From contig JBIIJY010000001.1 in assembly GCA_044233485.1 (NCBI GenBank), positions 80,701 through 144,700 of the forward strand: DNA of 64,000 nucleotides, written 5' to 3'. Both the position numbers and the translations under genes were made by a program. Shown here piece by piece: positions 1 to 9,800 of this stretch. The stretch comes from Minisyncoccia bacterium. Its GTDB lineage: Bacteria; Patescibacteriota; Minisyncoccia; Phycocordibacterales; UBA6065. The first letter of the stretch is position 1. The number at the start of each line of letters is the position of its first letter. Under the pieces are notes generated by a model. The model saw only the letters and a program-made list of their open reading frames with translations, had not been told where the DNA came from and did no database searches.

Positions 1-190
1 CAGTCGTCCGAGTGACCATATCGACAAAATGTGGACCGCGGGTCGCGATTAAGTCTTTTGCAAAGTAGCTACGTGTTCGGTCGGCCAATGATGTAGCCCG
101 ACCAATATACAAAACTGTCTCACCTTCTTTAAAGTAATAAACGCCTGGTGAATCAGGTATTTCAAGTTTTTGATAATCTTGAATAGTCAT
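1..190 (-). CDS. uvrC: Excinuclease ABC subunit C, N-terminal GIY-YIG part only; gene runs off the window start
   Basis: Manual minus-strand translation from ATG at 188-190 gives MTIQDYQKLEIPDSPGVYYFKEGETVLYIGRATSLADRTRSYF..., matching the UvrC GIY-YIG N-terminus (PGVY..G.V.YIGKA..L..R..SYF). Not in the ORF track because it is partial. Confidence 0.75.
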   Translation of the reverse strand, partial: MTIQDYQKLEIPDSPGVYYFKEGETVLYIGRATSLADRTRSYFAKDLIATRGPHFVDMVTRTT

Positions 191-757
191 CAATTTTATG
201 ATATAACTTTTTCCGGAGAACATCAAATGAACATCACCGGACAACACCTCCTGCAGGCACACTATCTCGCGGACTCACGGCCTGGAAATGGCTTTACAAC
301 GTGGTGGATGAACCGAGTCAGGACCGACACACACCCGGTCAGCACTGCCCGTTTCATTAGCGATCACTCGTCGAAACGGGCTATGTATTTAACCATCGTT
401 TGCATCATCACGTGCATCATGTGCGGGATTGCGTTCTGCTGGTGGAAGTCACTGCTTCCGAAAGCGGTAACTCTCACCCTGGGATGCATCCTCACCGTGC
501 TCAATGTCGCATGGACTCGGCGCTGTATCGTCCACACTCGACTCCTCGCCTCGGTCTGTGCAAGTGACCTGACCGAGCTCTCGAAATTTTACGAGAATCT
601 CCTTGCTTTCCGTCGTCTGGCTCTCCCCCTCGATGAAAAAGTCCAGGACGAAGCATCCTTCCTCGAAGGTGTGCGCCGGGCCTTTGCAAATCTACGTGAT
701 CAGCGGAGGGTTGAAGCAGAACGAGAACTCGTCGCACTCGGGATCACTCCTGAGTAG
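170..757 (+). CDS. Hypothetical small membrane protein (2 predicted TM helices)
   Basis: 195 aa ORF convergent with uvrA and followed by a perfect hairpin. It overlaps the uvrC start by about 20 nt, so the true start may be an internal Met (e.g. MNITGQ at about 227). No recognisable family. Confidence 0.35.
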   Translation: MIILNSHQFYDITFSGEHQMNITGQHLLQAHYLADSRPGNGFTTWWMNRVRTDTHPVSTARFISDHSSKRAMYLTIVCIITCIMCGIAFCWWKSLLPKAVTLTLGCILTVLNVAWTRRCIVHTRLLASVCASDLTELSKFYENLLAFRRLALPLDEKVQDEASFLEGVRRAFANLRDQRRVEAERELVALGITPE

Positions 758-792
758 CTCGGCGTAAAGACCCCTTGAAAGGGGCAATCGAA

Positions 793-822
793 AATGGCGG
801 CGCTCGGAGAGCGCCGCCATTT
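793..822. terminator. Bidirectional intrinsic terminator between the convergent 170-757 ORF and uvrA
   Basis: Perfect inverted repeat aatggcggcgctc/gagcgccgccatt followed by a T-run. Confidence 0.7.
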
Positions 823-826
823 CTTC

Positions 827-3445
827 TTACCCGCGAGCTAATATTTTTTTCAAATACTGACCAGTGTAAGACTTTTCATTACGCGCCACTTCCTCCGGCG
901 TACCTTTGGCTACCACTTTTCCTCCACCCACCCCACCCTCAGGGCCAATATCGACAACAAAATCAGCACATTTAATTAAGTCGAGGTTGTGCTCTATGAC
1001 AATCACGGTGTTACCCGCCTGGACCAGCTTTTGGAGAATCTCAATGAGGCGTTTTACATCTTCATAATGAAGACCGACAGTCGGCTCATCGAGAAGATAG
1101 ATTGTCTTTTGTGTATGTGAACGATAGAGCTCAGAAGAAATCTTCACTCGCTGCGCTTCACCACCCGAGAGTGTAGTTGCCGACTGCCCGAGCTTGAGAT
1201 AGCCGAGTCCCACCTCGTCGAGAGTCTTGAGCCGGTCATACACAGCCGGAATGTCCGCAAAAAATACCAAGGCTTCCTCAATGGTCATCTCGAGGATGTC
1301 GTGAATATTCTTCTTATTGTATTTCACTTCGAGAGTTTCTTTCGTGAAGCGCTTACCAGCACACACATCACAAGGCACATACACTGTTGGCAAGAAATGC
1401 ATCTCAACTTCTATTTCACCATTTCCCTGACAAGTCTCACATCGGCCACCTTTCACATTAAAACTAAATCGTCCTGCTCCCCACCCACGAGCGCGCGCCT
1501 CGGTCGAAGCGGCAAAGAGATCACGGATATGAGTCCAAGCACCAGTATAGGTAACTGGGTTTGAGCGCGGTGTACGACCGATCGGGTCTTGGTCAATGAG
1601 AATGGTACGTCCGAGATACTCTGTACCAGAAAAGCCAGTACAGTTATACAGTGTTGCAGTGCGGTGTCGACGCTCAAGCTTGCCAAGAAGATTTTTATGA
1701 ATGATCTCGTACATCAACGAAGATTTTCCTGAGCCAGAAACTCCCGTGATCACATTGAGACAGCCGAGCGGAATATCAACATCGAGATTCTTAATATTAA
1801 ATATATTTCCGCCACGAATCGAGAGCTTTCCTTTTGCCTCACGACGAACATCAGGCACATCGATTCCTTTTTCACCACGGAGATATCCAAGGGTGAGTGA
1901 ACCAGAATCATTTTTCTTGGCCGTGAGGAGCTCTTCGAGCCACCCTGAGACAATTACTTTTCCACCATGCACTCCCGCACCCGGACCAATATCGACAATA
2001 TAATCAGAGGCAAACATCGTATCCTCATCATGCTCTACCACGATAATGGTATTCCCAAGGTCGCGAAGGTTAAGCAGTGTCTTAATGAGACGATCATTAT
2101 CACGCTGATGCAGACCAATAGTCGGTTCATCGAGCACATAGAGCGCCCCGACAAGTCCCGAGCCGAGCTGGCTCGCGAGTCGGATTCGCTGCGCCTCACC
2201 ACCCGAGAGCGTATGCGCTCGACGATCGAGCGCGAGATACTCAATACCCACATTGATCATGAATTTCAATCGCTCCTCGATTTCTTTGAGCACCACTTTA
2301 GCGATCTCACGCTCAGTCTCAGTGAGAGCGATGCTTTCAAAATAATTTTTTGCATCAGCAATCGAGAGCCCTGTCACATCGACAATATTCTTTGAGTCGA
2401 TTTTGACATGTAGTGCCTCTGGACGAAGTCGCGCCCCCTTACAGGTCAGACAGTTTTCATTTGAAAAAAATTCACGTGTACCGAGACCGTTACAATCCGG
2501 ACATGCCCCATAGGGTGAGTTGAATGAAAAAAGTCGTGGCTCGATCTCAGGATACGCAAACCCGTCATATGGACACATGAACTTTACCGACATGAGTCGC
2601 TCATCTACTGTCCCCGGTTTTTCGCCTGGATACTCTACTTTGATGAGACCTTCAGCTTGAGATATTGCCCGTTCAAGAGCTTCAGAAAGTCGCTCACGAG
2701 CATTGAGAGCAAGCTCGGCATCTTTAAATTCAGAGATATAGATCTCATCGACAAGCACATCAATATCATGCTTCTTGTTTTTATCGAGCTCAATTCGCTC
2801 TCGGAGTTTTGAAAGTTTTCCATCTATCTTTACTGTCTCATACCCCTTACCGAGCAAATCATATAAAAGTTGATAGTACTCACCTTTGCGGCCGACGACG
2901 ACTGGAGCAAAGATTTTAATCTTTGAATTCTTCACCTCAACACCGAGAAGCTTTTTTGAAGCGATCTCATGTTCTTTGACCTGTTTTAACACCCCCTCGA
3001 GAATTTCTTCTTTCGAGATTCGTTTTATTTCCCGACCACATTCGAGACAGTGAGGTTTACCACAACGAGCAAACAAAATACGCAGATAGTCGTATATCTC
3101 CGTAATGGTCGCCACAGTTGAGCGCGGGTTGTTTGACCGAGACTTCTGGTCAATTGAAATCGCTGGCGAAAGACCCGAGATCTCATCGACATCAGGTTTC
3201 TGCATCTGCCGGAGAAATTGACGAGCGTATGAAGAGAGAGACTCAACATAGCGTCGCTGACCTTCGGCAAAGATCGTGTCAAAGGCGAGTGAAGATTTTC
3301 CTGAGCCAGACAAGCCTGTAATCGCAATCATCTTGTTGCGAGGCATACGGACGGTAATATTTTTGAGATTGTGCGTTCGGGCACCTTTAACAACAATTTC
3401 TTCCGCACCGGCAAAAAAGTCTGTTTTTGTTTGTTTTTTTGACAT
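827..3445 (-). CDS. uvrA: Excinuclease ABC subunit A
   Basis: 872 aa; two ABC ATPase modules ([20 protein letters not shown]), zinc-finger Cys pairs and LSGGE signature motifs. Confidence 0.95.
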   Translation of the reverse strand: MSKKQTKTDFFAGAEEIVVKGARTHNLKNITVRMPRNKMIAITGLSGSGKSSLAFDTIFAEGQRRYVESLSSYARQFLRQMQKPDVDEISGLSPAISIDQKSRSNNPRSTVATITEIYDYLRILFARCGKPHCLECGREIKRISKEEILEGVLKQVKEHEIASKKLLGVEVKNSKIKIFAPVVVGRKGEYYQLLYDLLGKGYETVKIDGKLSKLRERIELDKNKKHDIDVLVDEIYISEFKDAELALNARERLSEALERAISQAEGLIKVEYPGEKPGTVDERLMSVKFMCPYDGFAYPEIEPRLFSFNSPYGACPDCNGLGTREFFSNENCLTCKGARLRPEALHVKIDSKNIVDVTGLSIADAKNYFESIALTETEREIAKVVLKEIEERLKFMINVGIEYLALDRRAHTLSGGEAQRIRLASQLGSGLVGALYVLDEPTIGLHQRDNDRLIKTLLNLRDLGNTIIVVEHDEDTMFASDYIVDIGPGAGVHGGKVIVSGWLEELLTAKKNDSGSLTLGYLRGEKGIDVPDVRREAKGKLSIRGGNIFNIKNLDVDIPLGCLNVITGVSGSGKSSLMYEIIHKNLLGKLERRHRTATLYNCTGFSGTEYLGRTILIDQDPIGRTPRSNPVTYTGAWTHIRDLFAASTEARARGWGAGRFSFNVKGGRCETCQGNGEIEVEMHFLPTVYVPCDVCAGKRFTKETLEVKYNKKNIHDILEMTIEEALVFFADIPAVYDRLKTLDEVGLGYLKLGQSATTLSGGEAQRVKISSELYRSHTQKTIYLLDEPTVGLHYEDVKRLIEILQKLVQAGNTVIVIEHNLDLIKCADFVVDIGPEGGVGGGKVVAKGTPEEVARNEKSYTGQYLKKILARG

Positions 3446-3517
3446 AGAGTGTTCGAGCCGAACTACACATTTTTAGCACACTTTGAAACTTTTGTCGAAA
3501 GACCCACACAAGAGGAA

Positions 3518-5653
3518 TTACTCTTCTTTGATCAGTTTTCGCCCTTTTTTCTTTCCTTCCCAACGAGTATGTTTTTCGGCAAGTTTCACCTTGGCTTTAA
3601 ATTCTGGATCGGTCTTCATACGACTCGCTGTCTCATGCTCGCGTAGTTTTTCTAATTCGAAAATCTCATCACGCAAAAGTGCGGCCGTCTCAAAGTCGAG
3701 ATCAGCGACCGCCTGCTCCATCTGCGCATACTTTTCTTTCAGCACCGCTTCTGGATTTTCTTCAAAGCGGATCTTGTCGATTGCCATTTGTGAATCGACT
3801 GCCTTACGATGATCACTTCGTAACTCTTCAGTAATGTCTTTGATGGTCTTAATGATTGTCTGTGGAGTGATATTGTGCTTCGTGTTGTAAGCAATCTGTA
3901 GCGTGCGACGACGAGCCGTTTCTTTCATCGCTCGATCTATAGAGCCCGTAAGTGTATCGGCATACATGGTCACATGCCCGTTCACGTTTCGGGCTGCACG
4001 ACCGATAATCTGAATCAGCGAAGTCTCTGAGCGCAAGAACCCCTCCTTATCAGCATCAAGAATACCGATAAATGTAACCTCGGGGAGGTCGAGCCCCTCT
4101 CGCAAGAGATTCACTCCGACCAAGCAGTCAAACTCACCTCGACGGAATCGTGTCAAAATCTCGATTCGGTCAATCGTCTGAATTTCAGAGTGGAGATATT
4201 CAGCTTTGACTTTTTTCTCTCGGAGAAACTCAGCCAAGTCTTCTGCCATTTTTTTGGTCAGTGTCGTCGCAATCACTCGCCCACCTTTTTTTACTTCGGC
4301 GACGGTATGCTCAATAAAATCAAATACTTGACCTTTGTACGCACCTGACTCCGTCACTGGACGAATAGTGATCTCTGGATCAATGAGCCCGGTTGGACGC
4401 ACAATCATTTCCACTGGAGTGGTTACTTTTTGCATCTCATACTTACCCGGCGTCGCCGAGACGAAGATTGTCTGACCGACTGTCTTTTCAAACTCTGCAA
4501 AGGTAAGCGGACGATTGTCGCGCGCACTTGGTAATCTAAATCCATGTTCCACGAGCGTGTCTTTTCGAGACTTGTCACCAGCGTACATACCACCGATCTG
4601 AGGGATAGTCACATGCGACTCATCTATCACCGTTAGGAAATCCGGCGTACCGTCTGCTTTATGAGGAAAATATGAAAGGAGCGTATCTGGTGCTTCACCG
4701 GCTTTTTTTCCAGAGAAATGTCGCGAATAGTTTTCAATACCCGAGCAGTAGCCAATCTCACGAATCATCGAGAGGTCGTACTGCACACGTCGCTTCAGAC
4801 GCTGGGCTTCTATATCTTTCCCTGCTTTTGTAAGTTCAACTAAGCGCTCTTCAAGCTCGAGCTTAATGGTCTCAAACGCTCGCTTACTCTGCTCCTCACT
4901 GGAGACGAAGTGCTTTGCCGGGAAAATAAACAAAGCTTTCTCTTCACTAATGATTGCTCGCGTCACCGGATCAATACGCTCGATTCGCGCCACTGTATCA
5001 CCATCAAAAAGTACTCGAATAATCACCCGATCACTTGTTGGCATCACTTCGACAGTGTTACCAAGTGCTCGGAAAAAGCCGGGCGTAAGATCTGTGGTGA
5101 TTCGATTAAAATAAATCCCGATCAGTTCCCGGATAAACTCCGCACGATTCTTTTCCTTCCCCGCTTCGATTTTCAGATTCACCTTCTCGTATTCTTCTGG
5201 ACTGCCCAAACCATAAATACATGATACCGAAGCGACAATAATCACATCTTTACGAGTCAGGAGAGCTTGTGTTGACGCATGACGGAGGCGGTCAATTTCT
5301 TCATTGATCTGAGCCTCCTTTTCGATATAGGTATCAGTGACTGGCATATAGGCCTCAGGCTGATAGTAATCGTAATACGAGACGAAATAATGGACGGCGT
5401 TTTGAGGAAAAAACTCTCGATACTCTTGAGCGAGCTGTGCGGCAAGCGTCTTATTGTGAGCAATGACGAGAGTTGGTTTACCGATCTGGGCAATGACATT
5501 GGCGATGGTGTAGGTTTTACCCGATCCGGTCACACCCAAAAGAGTCTGTTGACTCGCTCCCGAGCAGACACCCTGCACCAGCGACTTAATTGCCTGAGGC
5601 TGGTCACCGGCTGGCTCGTATTTACTCGTAAGTGTAAAGATTTTTTCTGACAT
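3518..5653 (-). CDS. uvrB: Excinuclease ABC subunit B
   Basis: Helicase motifs (GVTGSGKT, DESH); the C-terminal UvrB/UvrC interaction region is present. The track ORF extends to 5773, but the conserved N-terminus starts at MSEKIFTL (ATG at 5651-5653). Confidence 0.95.
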   Translation of the reverse strand: MSEKIFTLTSKYEPAGDQPQAIKSLVQGVCSGASQQTLLGVTGSGKTYTIANVIAQIGKPTLVIAHNKTLAAQLAQEYREFFPQNAVHYFVSYYDYYQPEAYMPVTDTYIEKEAQINEEIDRLRHASTQALLTRKDVIIVASVSCIYGLGSPEEYEKVNLKIEAGKEKNRAEFIRELIGIYFNRITTDLTPGFFRALGNTVEVMPTSDRVIIRVLFDGDTVARIERIDPVTRAIISEEKALFIFPAKHFVSSEEQSKRAFETIKLELEERLVELTKAGKDIEAQRLKRRVQYDLSMIREIGYCSGIENYSRHFSGKKAGEAPDTLLSYFPHKADGTPDFLTVIDESHVTIPQIGGMYAGDKSRKDTLVEHGFRLPSARDNRPLTFAEFEKTVGQTIFVSATPGKYEMQKVTTPVEMIVRPTGLIDPEITIRPVTESGAYKGQVFDFIEHTVAEVKKGGRVIATTLTKKMAEDLAEFLREKKVKAEYLHSEIQTIDRIEILTRFRRGEFDCLVGVNLLREGLDLPEVTFIGILDADKEGFLRSETSLIQIIGRAARNVNGHVTMYADTLTGSIDRAMKETARRRTLQIAYNTKHNITPQTIIKTIKDITEELRSDHRKAVDSQMAIDKIRFEENPEAVLKEKYAQMEQAVADLDFETAALLRDEIFELEKLREHETASRMKTDPEFKAKVKLAEKHTRWEGKKKGRKLIKEE

Positions 5654-5743
5654 CAAGAGTTTAAAAATACAATACAATCGGGCAATAGTAAACAGACCCC
5701 TCTTGCAATTATTTTTTACAGGAGTAGCATTTGACATAGACCA

Positions 5744-6007
5744 GTGCATGACGTACTGGCAGCAACGCAACAACTAGCACCCCCAACAGTTATGGCTCTT
5801 GCAGGAGAGACCACACCACCAACCCGCGAAGATATCTACTCAGCCACCAAAGACCAAGTTCTCAAGTGGCAGAAAGATTTTCCCAAGAATTGGCAAGTCA
5901 CTATGCAGTGCAGTGGACGTCTCAGGCAACTCGAAGCTGAGCGTGCCCCCAATATCCTTGCTGCTCTCGCGACCGCGAGCGCTGGCAGCGGAGATTACAG
6001 CCGATAA
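5744..6007 (+). CDS. Possible small hypothetical protein (87 aa or shorter)
   Basis: ORF followed immediately by a GC-rich hairpin plus T-run (6025-6058). No homology recognised. Low confidence. Confidence 0.25.
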   Translation: MHDVLAATQQLAPPTVMALAGETTPPTREDIYSATKDQVLKWQKDFPKNWQVTMQCSGRLRQLEAERAPNILAALATASAGSGDYSR

Positions 6008-6024
6008 ATACCCCCCAACCACGA

Positions 6025-6058
6025 CCCCCCGCCAGTTAAACTGCGCGGGGGTTTTTGT
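6025..6058 (+). terminator. Intrinsic terminator (cccccgc...gcggggg + TTTTT)
   Basis: Stem-loop followed by tttttg. Confidence 0.55.
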
Positions 6059-6070
6059 CTTTCAAATAAG

Positions 6071-6104
6071 AAAAACCCAGCAGTCTGTCACACTGCTGGG
6101 TTTT
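6071..6104. terminator. Bidirectional hairpin terminator (aaaaacccagcag...ctgctgggtttt)
   Basis: 12 bp perfect stem flanked by A-run and T-run. Confidence 0.6.
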
Positions 6105-6118
6105 GGAAAGATGCCTGT

Positions 6119-6481
6119 CTAAGTCCCATAGCATCCAAGTTGTATACGACCATGACCTTCGAAAAGGTGCCTTTGCCGCAGCCGGCTTCGTCCTGGTCGA
6201 TTTATCTTTGCCCACAACTGTCCACGCTCCAAATTCCTCTGCTTGAATTCCTCTCCAGTGCACCATCCAGGAGTAGTGGAACGTGCGTCGTAAAAGACAT
6301 GTTCAGGTGTAGCGGCAAGTGATTCAAAGCGCCACCCATCTTGACCATGACGAGGAGAACTGAGAGTCTCACCCCCTTCTCTACGACGAGTAACTCGAGG
6401 GAATTGGGGAATGCCATCCCCGGGTTGTCCTGCATTAACTGGCATAACAATAATGAGCTGTAGTGTTCGTTCTCGTACCAC
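6119..6481 (-). CDS. Possible hypothetical protein (120 aa, GTG start). Alternative overlapping frame is 6202-6483
   Basis: Two overlapping minus-strand ORFs in a GC-richer segment, bounded by the tgt terminator upstream and the 6071-6104 hairpin downstream. No homology recognised and the frame is ambiguous. Confidence 0.2.
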   Translation of the reverse strand: MVRERTLQLIIVMPVNAGQPGDGIPQFPRVTRRREGGETLSSPRHGQDGWRFESLAATPEHVFYDARSTTPGWCTGEEFKQRNLERGQLWAKINRPGRSRLRQRHLFEGHGRIQLGCYGT

Positions 6482-6490
6482 ATGGTAACG

Positions 6491-6520
6491 AAAAGGAGCT
6501 CCGTTTTGGAGCTCCTTTTT
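6491..6520 (-). terminator. Intrinsic terminator downstream of tgt
   Basis: aaaaggagctcc gttttg gagctccttttt, a perfect 12 bp stem with T-run on the minus strand. Confidence 0.65.
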
Positions 6521-6651
6521 GCTTACGAGAATCTCTTAAGCAAAAACCAGCTCCAAAACCTTCGTAAAGGTCTTAAAGTAGACGTGCTTAGTAGTAATGA
6601 GTGCCGAACGATTCATGGGTACAAGTATATATAAACGTATATCAAAATCAA

Positions 6652-7866
6652 CTACTTTTTACGGTGATATGTCTCGAGGAATTCTTTTTTGTACTGAATA
6701 AAGGTCCCCTGAAGAATCGAATCTCGAATCCTATCCACTAGTCGCACCAGAAAACGAATATTGTGAATTGAGGCCAGTACCATCCCGAGCATCTCATCTG
6801 CGTGGAATAGATGAGAGAGGTACGCTCGTGTGTGGTGGGTACAGGTAAAACAATCGCACCCCACCTCGACCTGGGTGTAGTCTTCACGAAACTCAGCGTT
6901 CTTGATGTTGATCTTCCCTCGCGAAGTAAATAGTTGCCCGTGCCGACCAATGCGAGTTGGAATCACACAGTCGAACGTATCGCACCCATTCTCAACACCA
7001 ATGAAAATATCTTCAACTTCACCAATTCCGAGCAGATGTCGAGGCTTGTCTTCCGGAAGCTCTTCATTAACCCAGCGCACCGCCGTACCGAGATCGTCTT
7101 TGGAAAAAGATCCACCGATTCCAAACCCATCGAAATCCATAGCCCCAAGCACCCGAGCACTCTCTCGACGAAGATCCTCATAGCGCCCACCCTGAACAAC
7201 ACCAAACAGTGCCTGTGGTGAACGAGAAGGTTCGGCCGTTTTCGAGAGTTCACTGTGTCGTCTGAGACAACGCTCTGCCCACGCATGGGTGCGAGCAAGA
7301 GCTATTTTCTGATAGTCATATGGGTCGTGCGGAGACGTGCACTCATCGAAGGCAAAGAAGATATCGGCACCGAGGGCGTGCTGAATTTCAACAGACTTCT
7401 CCGGTGTAAAAAAATGCACACTTCCATCTTTAAGTGACTTAAACTCAACACCATCATCGGTCACTCGAGCTTTCTTTGAAGTATTCTCGGTTACATTATT
7501 ACTCTCGTCTCCATCACGAGCGACCTTTGAAACACTCTTACCGAAAGCAGCGCCAAGTGAAAAAGCCTGGAATCCACCGGAGTCCGTCATAGTCGGCCCC
7601 TCAAAGCCAATCATGCGCCCTACCCCGCCGAGACGTTTTACTTTTTCTTCCCCTGGCTCAAGGTAGAGGTGATAGGTGTTGGCGAGGACGGTATGTGCTC
7701 CAGTAGCGCGGATCTGCTCACTAGTGAGTCCTTTGACCGTACCCTTAGTCCCAACGACGACAAAAGATGGCGTCGGAATATCGCCGTGCGGTGTATGAAT
7801 TGTGCCCGCCCGGCCGAGTGAGCCGGGTATTTTTTGTTTGATCTCAAAACCAAATCCTTCTCTCAT
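6652..7866 (-). CDS. tgt: Queuine tRNA-ribosyltransferase (tRNA-guanine transglycosylase)
   Basis: 404 aa; LANTYHL, DSGGFQ and the C-terminal Zn site CDCFTCTHHTRAYLSHL. Confidence 0.9.
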   Translation of the reverse strand: MREGFGFEIKQKIPGSLGRAGTIHTPHGDIPTPSFVVVGTKGTVKGLTSEQIRATGAHTVLANTYHLYLEPGEEKVKRLGGVGRMIGFEGPTMTDSGGFQAFSLGAAFGKSVSKVARDGDESNNVTENTSKKARVTDDGVEFKSLKDGSVHFFTPEKSVEIQHALGADIFFAFDECTSPHDPYDYQKIALARTHAWAERCLRRHSELSKTAEPSRSPQALFGVVQGGRYEDLRRESARVLGAMDFDGFGIGGSFSKDDLGTAVRWVNEELPEDKPRHLLGIGEVEDIFIGVENGCDTFDCVIPTRIGRHGQLFTSRGKINIKNAEFREDYTQVEVGCDCFTCTHHTRAYLSHLFHADEMLGMVLASIHNIRFLVRLVDRIRDSILQGTFIQYKKEFLETYHRKK

Positions 7867-7952
7867 TACTTCACCTTATCACAGACCTTTTAAAGATACA
7901 GCGTCCGAGGGAACTTTTGCATTTCTCATTTTACCTTTATACTTGAGCGCAT

Positions 7953-8678
7953 ATGTCTACTCATACCGACCTACAGAAAGGAGTGCGTTACGGCAGCTTA
8001 CCGCGTGACTCTCGATCATTTGATGCAAAAGAAGCAGAGACCACCTCAATTGTCACAAACGAAATCCATCAAACATTTGAGACCATGCGTCATGTGCCAA
8101 AATCAGTCACTTTCTTCGGCTCTGCCCGTCTCAAGGAAGGTAGTTCTGAATACGAGCACACTCGTCGACTCGCTCACCTGATCACCAAGAAGCTCGGCTA
8201 TGCGATCATTTCAGGAGGCGGAGGTGGCATCATGGAAGCTGCGAACCGTGGCGCGTTTGAAGCCGGCGGTATGTCTATAGGTATGAATATTATTTTACCG
8301 AAAGAGCAACATATCAATCCGTACGTTCATCGGTATGTGACCTTTGAGCATTTCTATACTCGCAAAGTCGCCCTCTCACTTTCTGCTGAAGCATATATCG
8401 TTTTCCCTGGTGGTTTTGGCACATTCGACGAAATGTTTGAAGTGATAACTCTCATGCAGACAGGAAAAATCCCTCGTGTACCACTCTTTCTCGTTGGCTC
8501 AAGTTACTGGAATGCACTCGATGTCCTCATACGAGAAAAAATGATTCCACTCGGTCTCATCAATCCGGACGATATTCATCTCTATCACATCACAGACAAT
8601 GACGAAGAGATTATCGACACCATACGAAACTCCCCGGTGCATAGTGGCCCGCCAGAACTTAAAAAACTCCCTGCCTAG
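7953..8678 (+). CDS. LOG family protein (TIGR00730; cytokinin riboside 5'-monophosphate phosphoribohydrolase-like)
   Basis: 241 aa; GGGGGIMEA and PGGFGTFDE motifs typical of the LOG/YvdD Rossmann fold. Confidence 0.8.
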   Translation: MSTHTDLQKGVRYGSLPRDSRSFDAKEAETTSIVTNEIHQTFETMRHVPKSVTFFGSARLKEGSSEYEHTRRLAHLITKKLGYAIISGGGGGIMEAANRGAFEAGGMSIGMNIILPKEQHINPYVHRYVTFEHFYTRKVALSLSAEAYIVFPGGFGTFDEMFEVITLMQTGKIPRVPLFLVGSSYWNALDVLIREKMIPLGLINPDDIHLYHITDNDEEIIDTIRNSPVHSGPPELKKLPA

Positions 8679-8688
8679 GGAGTTTTTT
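8661..8688. terminator. Bidirectional terminator between LOG gene and AI-2E transporter gene
   Basis: aaaaaactccct gcct agggagtttttt overlapping the LOG stop codon. Confidence 0.7.
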
Positions 8689-8701
8689 GTTTGTGGGAGT
8701 A

Positions 8702-9745
8702 TTAAATTTTCGTGAACATATTACCCTCATCAGCCACGATAATCTCGCGGTAGATATCAAGTAGGGCGAACAAGAGACTGATGATGACTGGGCCGAGGAC
8801 GAAACCGACTGGACCAAAATAGATAATCCCTCCGAGTACCGAAAGCAAGATAAAGAGCGGATGCACCTTGAAGCCACTACCGACAAGCATCGGAAACAAT
8901 GTATTGTCGATGAGTCCGACCGCAAAGATCGCCCACACTGCAAGGAACACTGCCCACCCGATACCTGAGACAGCGGCCAAATAGATGATCGCTGGGACGA
9001 GGACGAGAGCCGTACCAAGGCCTGGGATAAGTGAAGCGACAGCGGCCAAGCTTGCCCACAAGACCGCATGCGGAACACCAGCTATCCACAAACCGAGACC
9101 AGCGACGATACCTTGCACGAGCGCAACGAGCACCGTCCCCCGCATGACAGACATCACGGCCACTTCAAGACGCTTTGCGATACCACGATCATACGAATCC
9201 TTGAGTGGTGAGAGTTTGATGAGTTGCTCTTTGAATACGTGCCCGTCTTTGAGGAAATAGAACAGAATAATGATTCCCAAAACTACATTGGCAGCGATAT
9301 TAGCGGTCTCTGAAAAGATTGTGCCGAGATTTGTCTGTATCCAAGTCACGACGAATTTCACAATACGCTCAACATCAAGCTCAAACGTCGGAACGAGTTT
9401 CTTGATAGGAACCTCGAGCGTATCACCGAGCATTGTGAGACCAGGGTTGTTACCAATACTAAAATCACGCACAAAGTCTCCCGTCTCTTGGAAAAGAGTA
9501 TTACCGAGAAATAAAATCGGGGCGACGATAGCGATAGCCAGGATCAGCATTGAAAGACTGACCGCCAAGCCATTACGAGTGGGCATTTTTGAGAGAAAAT
9601 ATTTCTTCACCGGATTGAGCACAACCGCCAGTGACGCAGCGATCGCCAGTGGCACAATAAACGGTAAGAACACTCGTCCAGCCAAGGCGAGCACCAGGAC
9701 AAGAATCGTGAAGAAGAAATACAGTTGTAGTTTTTGTGTATTCAT
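8702..9745 (-). CDS. AI-2E family transporter (UPF0118/PerM-like permease)
   Basis: Multi-TM protein with AI-2E-like topology. The track ORF reaches 9823, but the perfect palindromic terminator at 9762-9797 lies inside that extension, so the start is set at MNTQKLQ (ATG 9743-9745). Confidence 0.75.
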   Translation of the reverse strand: MNTQKLQLYFFFTILVLVLALAGRVFLPFIVPLAIAASLAVVLNPVKKYFLSKMPTRNGLAVSLSMLILAIAIVAPILFLGNTLFQETGDFVRDFSIGNNPGLTMLGDTLEVPIKKLVPTFELDVERIVKFVVTWIQTNLGTIFSETANIAANVVLGIIILFYFLKDGHVFKEQLIKLSPLKDSYDRGIAKRLEVAVMSVMRGTVLVALVQGIVAGLGLWIAGVPHAVLWASLAAVASLIPGLGTALVLVPAIIYLAAVSGIGWAVFLAVWAIFAVGLIDNTLFPMLVGSGFKVHPLFILLSVLGGIIYFGPVGFVLGPVIISLLFALLDIYREIIVADEGNMFTKI

Positions 9746-9761
9746 AATTACTTTCAGTATA

Positions 9762-9797
9762 GCAAGAAAAAACACCCATACGGGTGTTTTTTCTTGC
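9762..9797. terminator. Bidirectional terminator (gcaagaaaaaacaccc atac gggtgttttttcttgc)
   Basis: Perfect 16 bp palindrome with internal A/T runs. Terminates the trhO-like gene on the minus strand. Confidence 0.7.
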
Positions 9798-9800
9798 ATA

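Noticed and set aside
3518-5773. N-terminal 40 aa extension of the UvrB ORF in the track
   Set aside because: The conserved UvrB N-terminus begins at MSEKIFTL (ATG 5651-5653). The extension has no homology.
5774-6651. RNase P RNA, tmRNA or SRP RNA in the uvrB-tgt gap (also checked 13105-13497 and 38100-38600)
   Set aside because: I found only short partial resemblances to P4/CR motifs (e.g. aagucccauag on one strand, acaacccgg on the other), on inconsistent strands. There is no GGAAGCAGC SRP motif and no tmRNA tag/acceptor, so support is insufficient.
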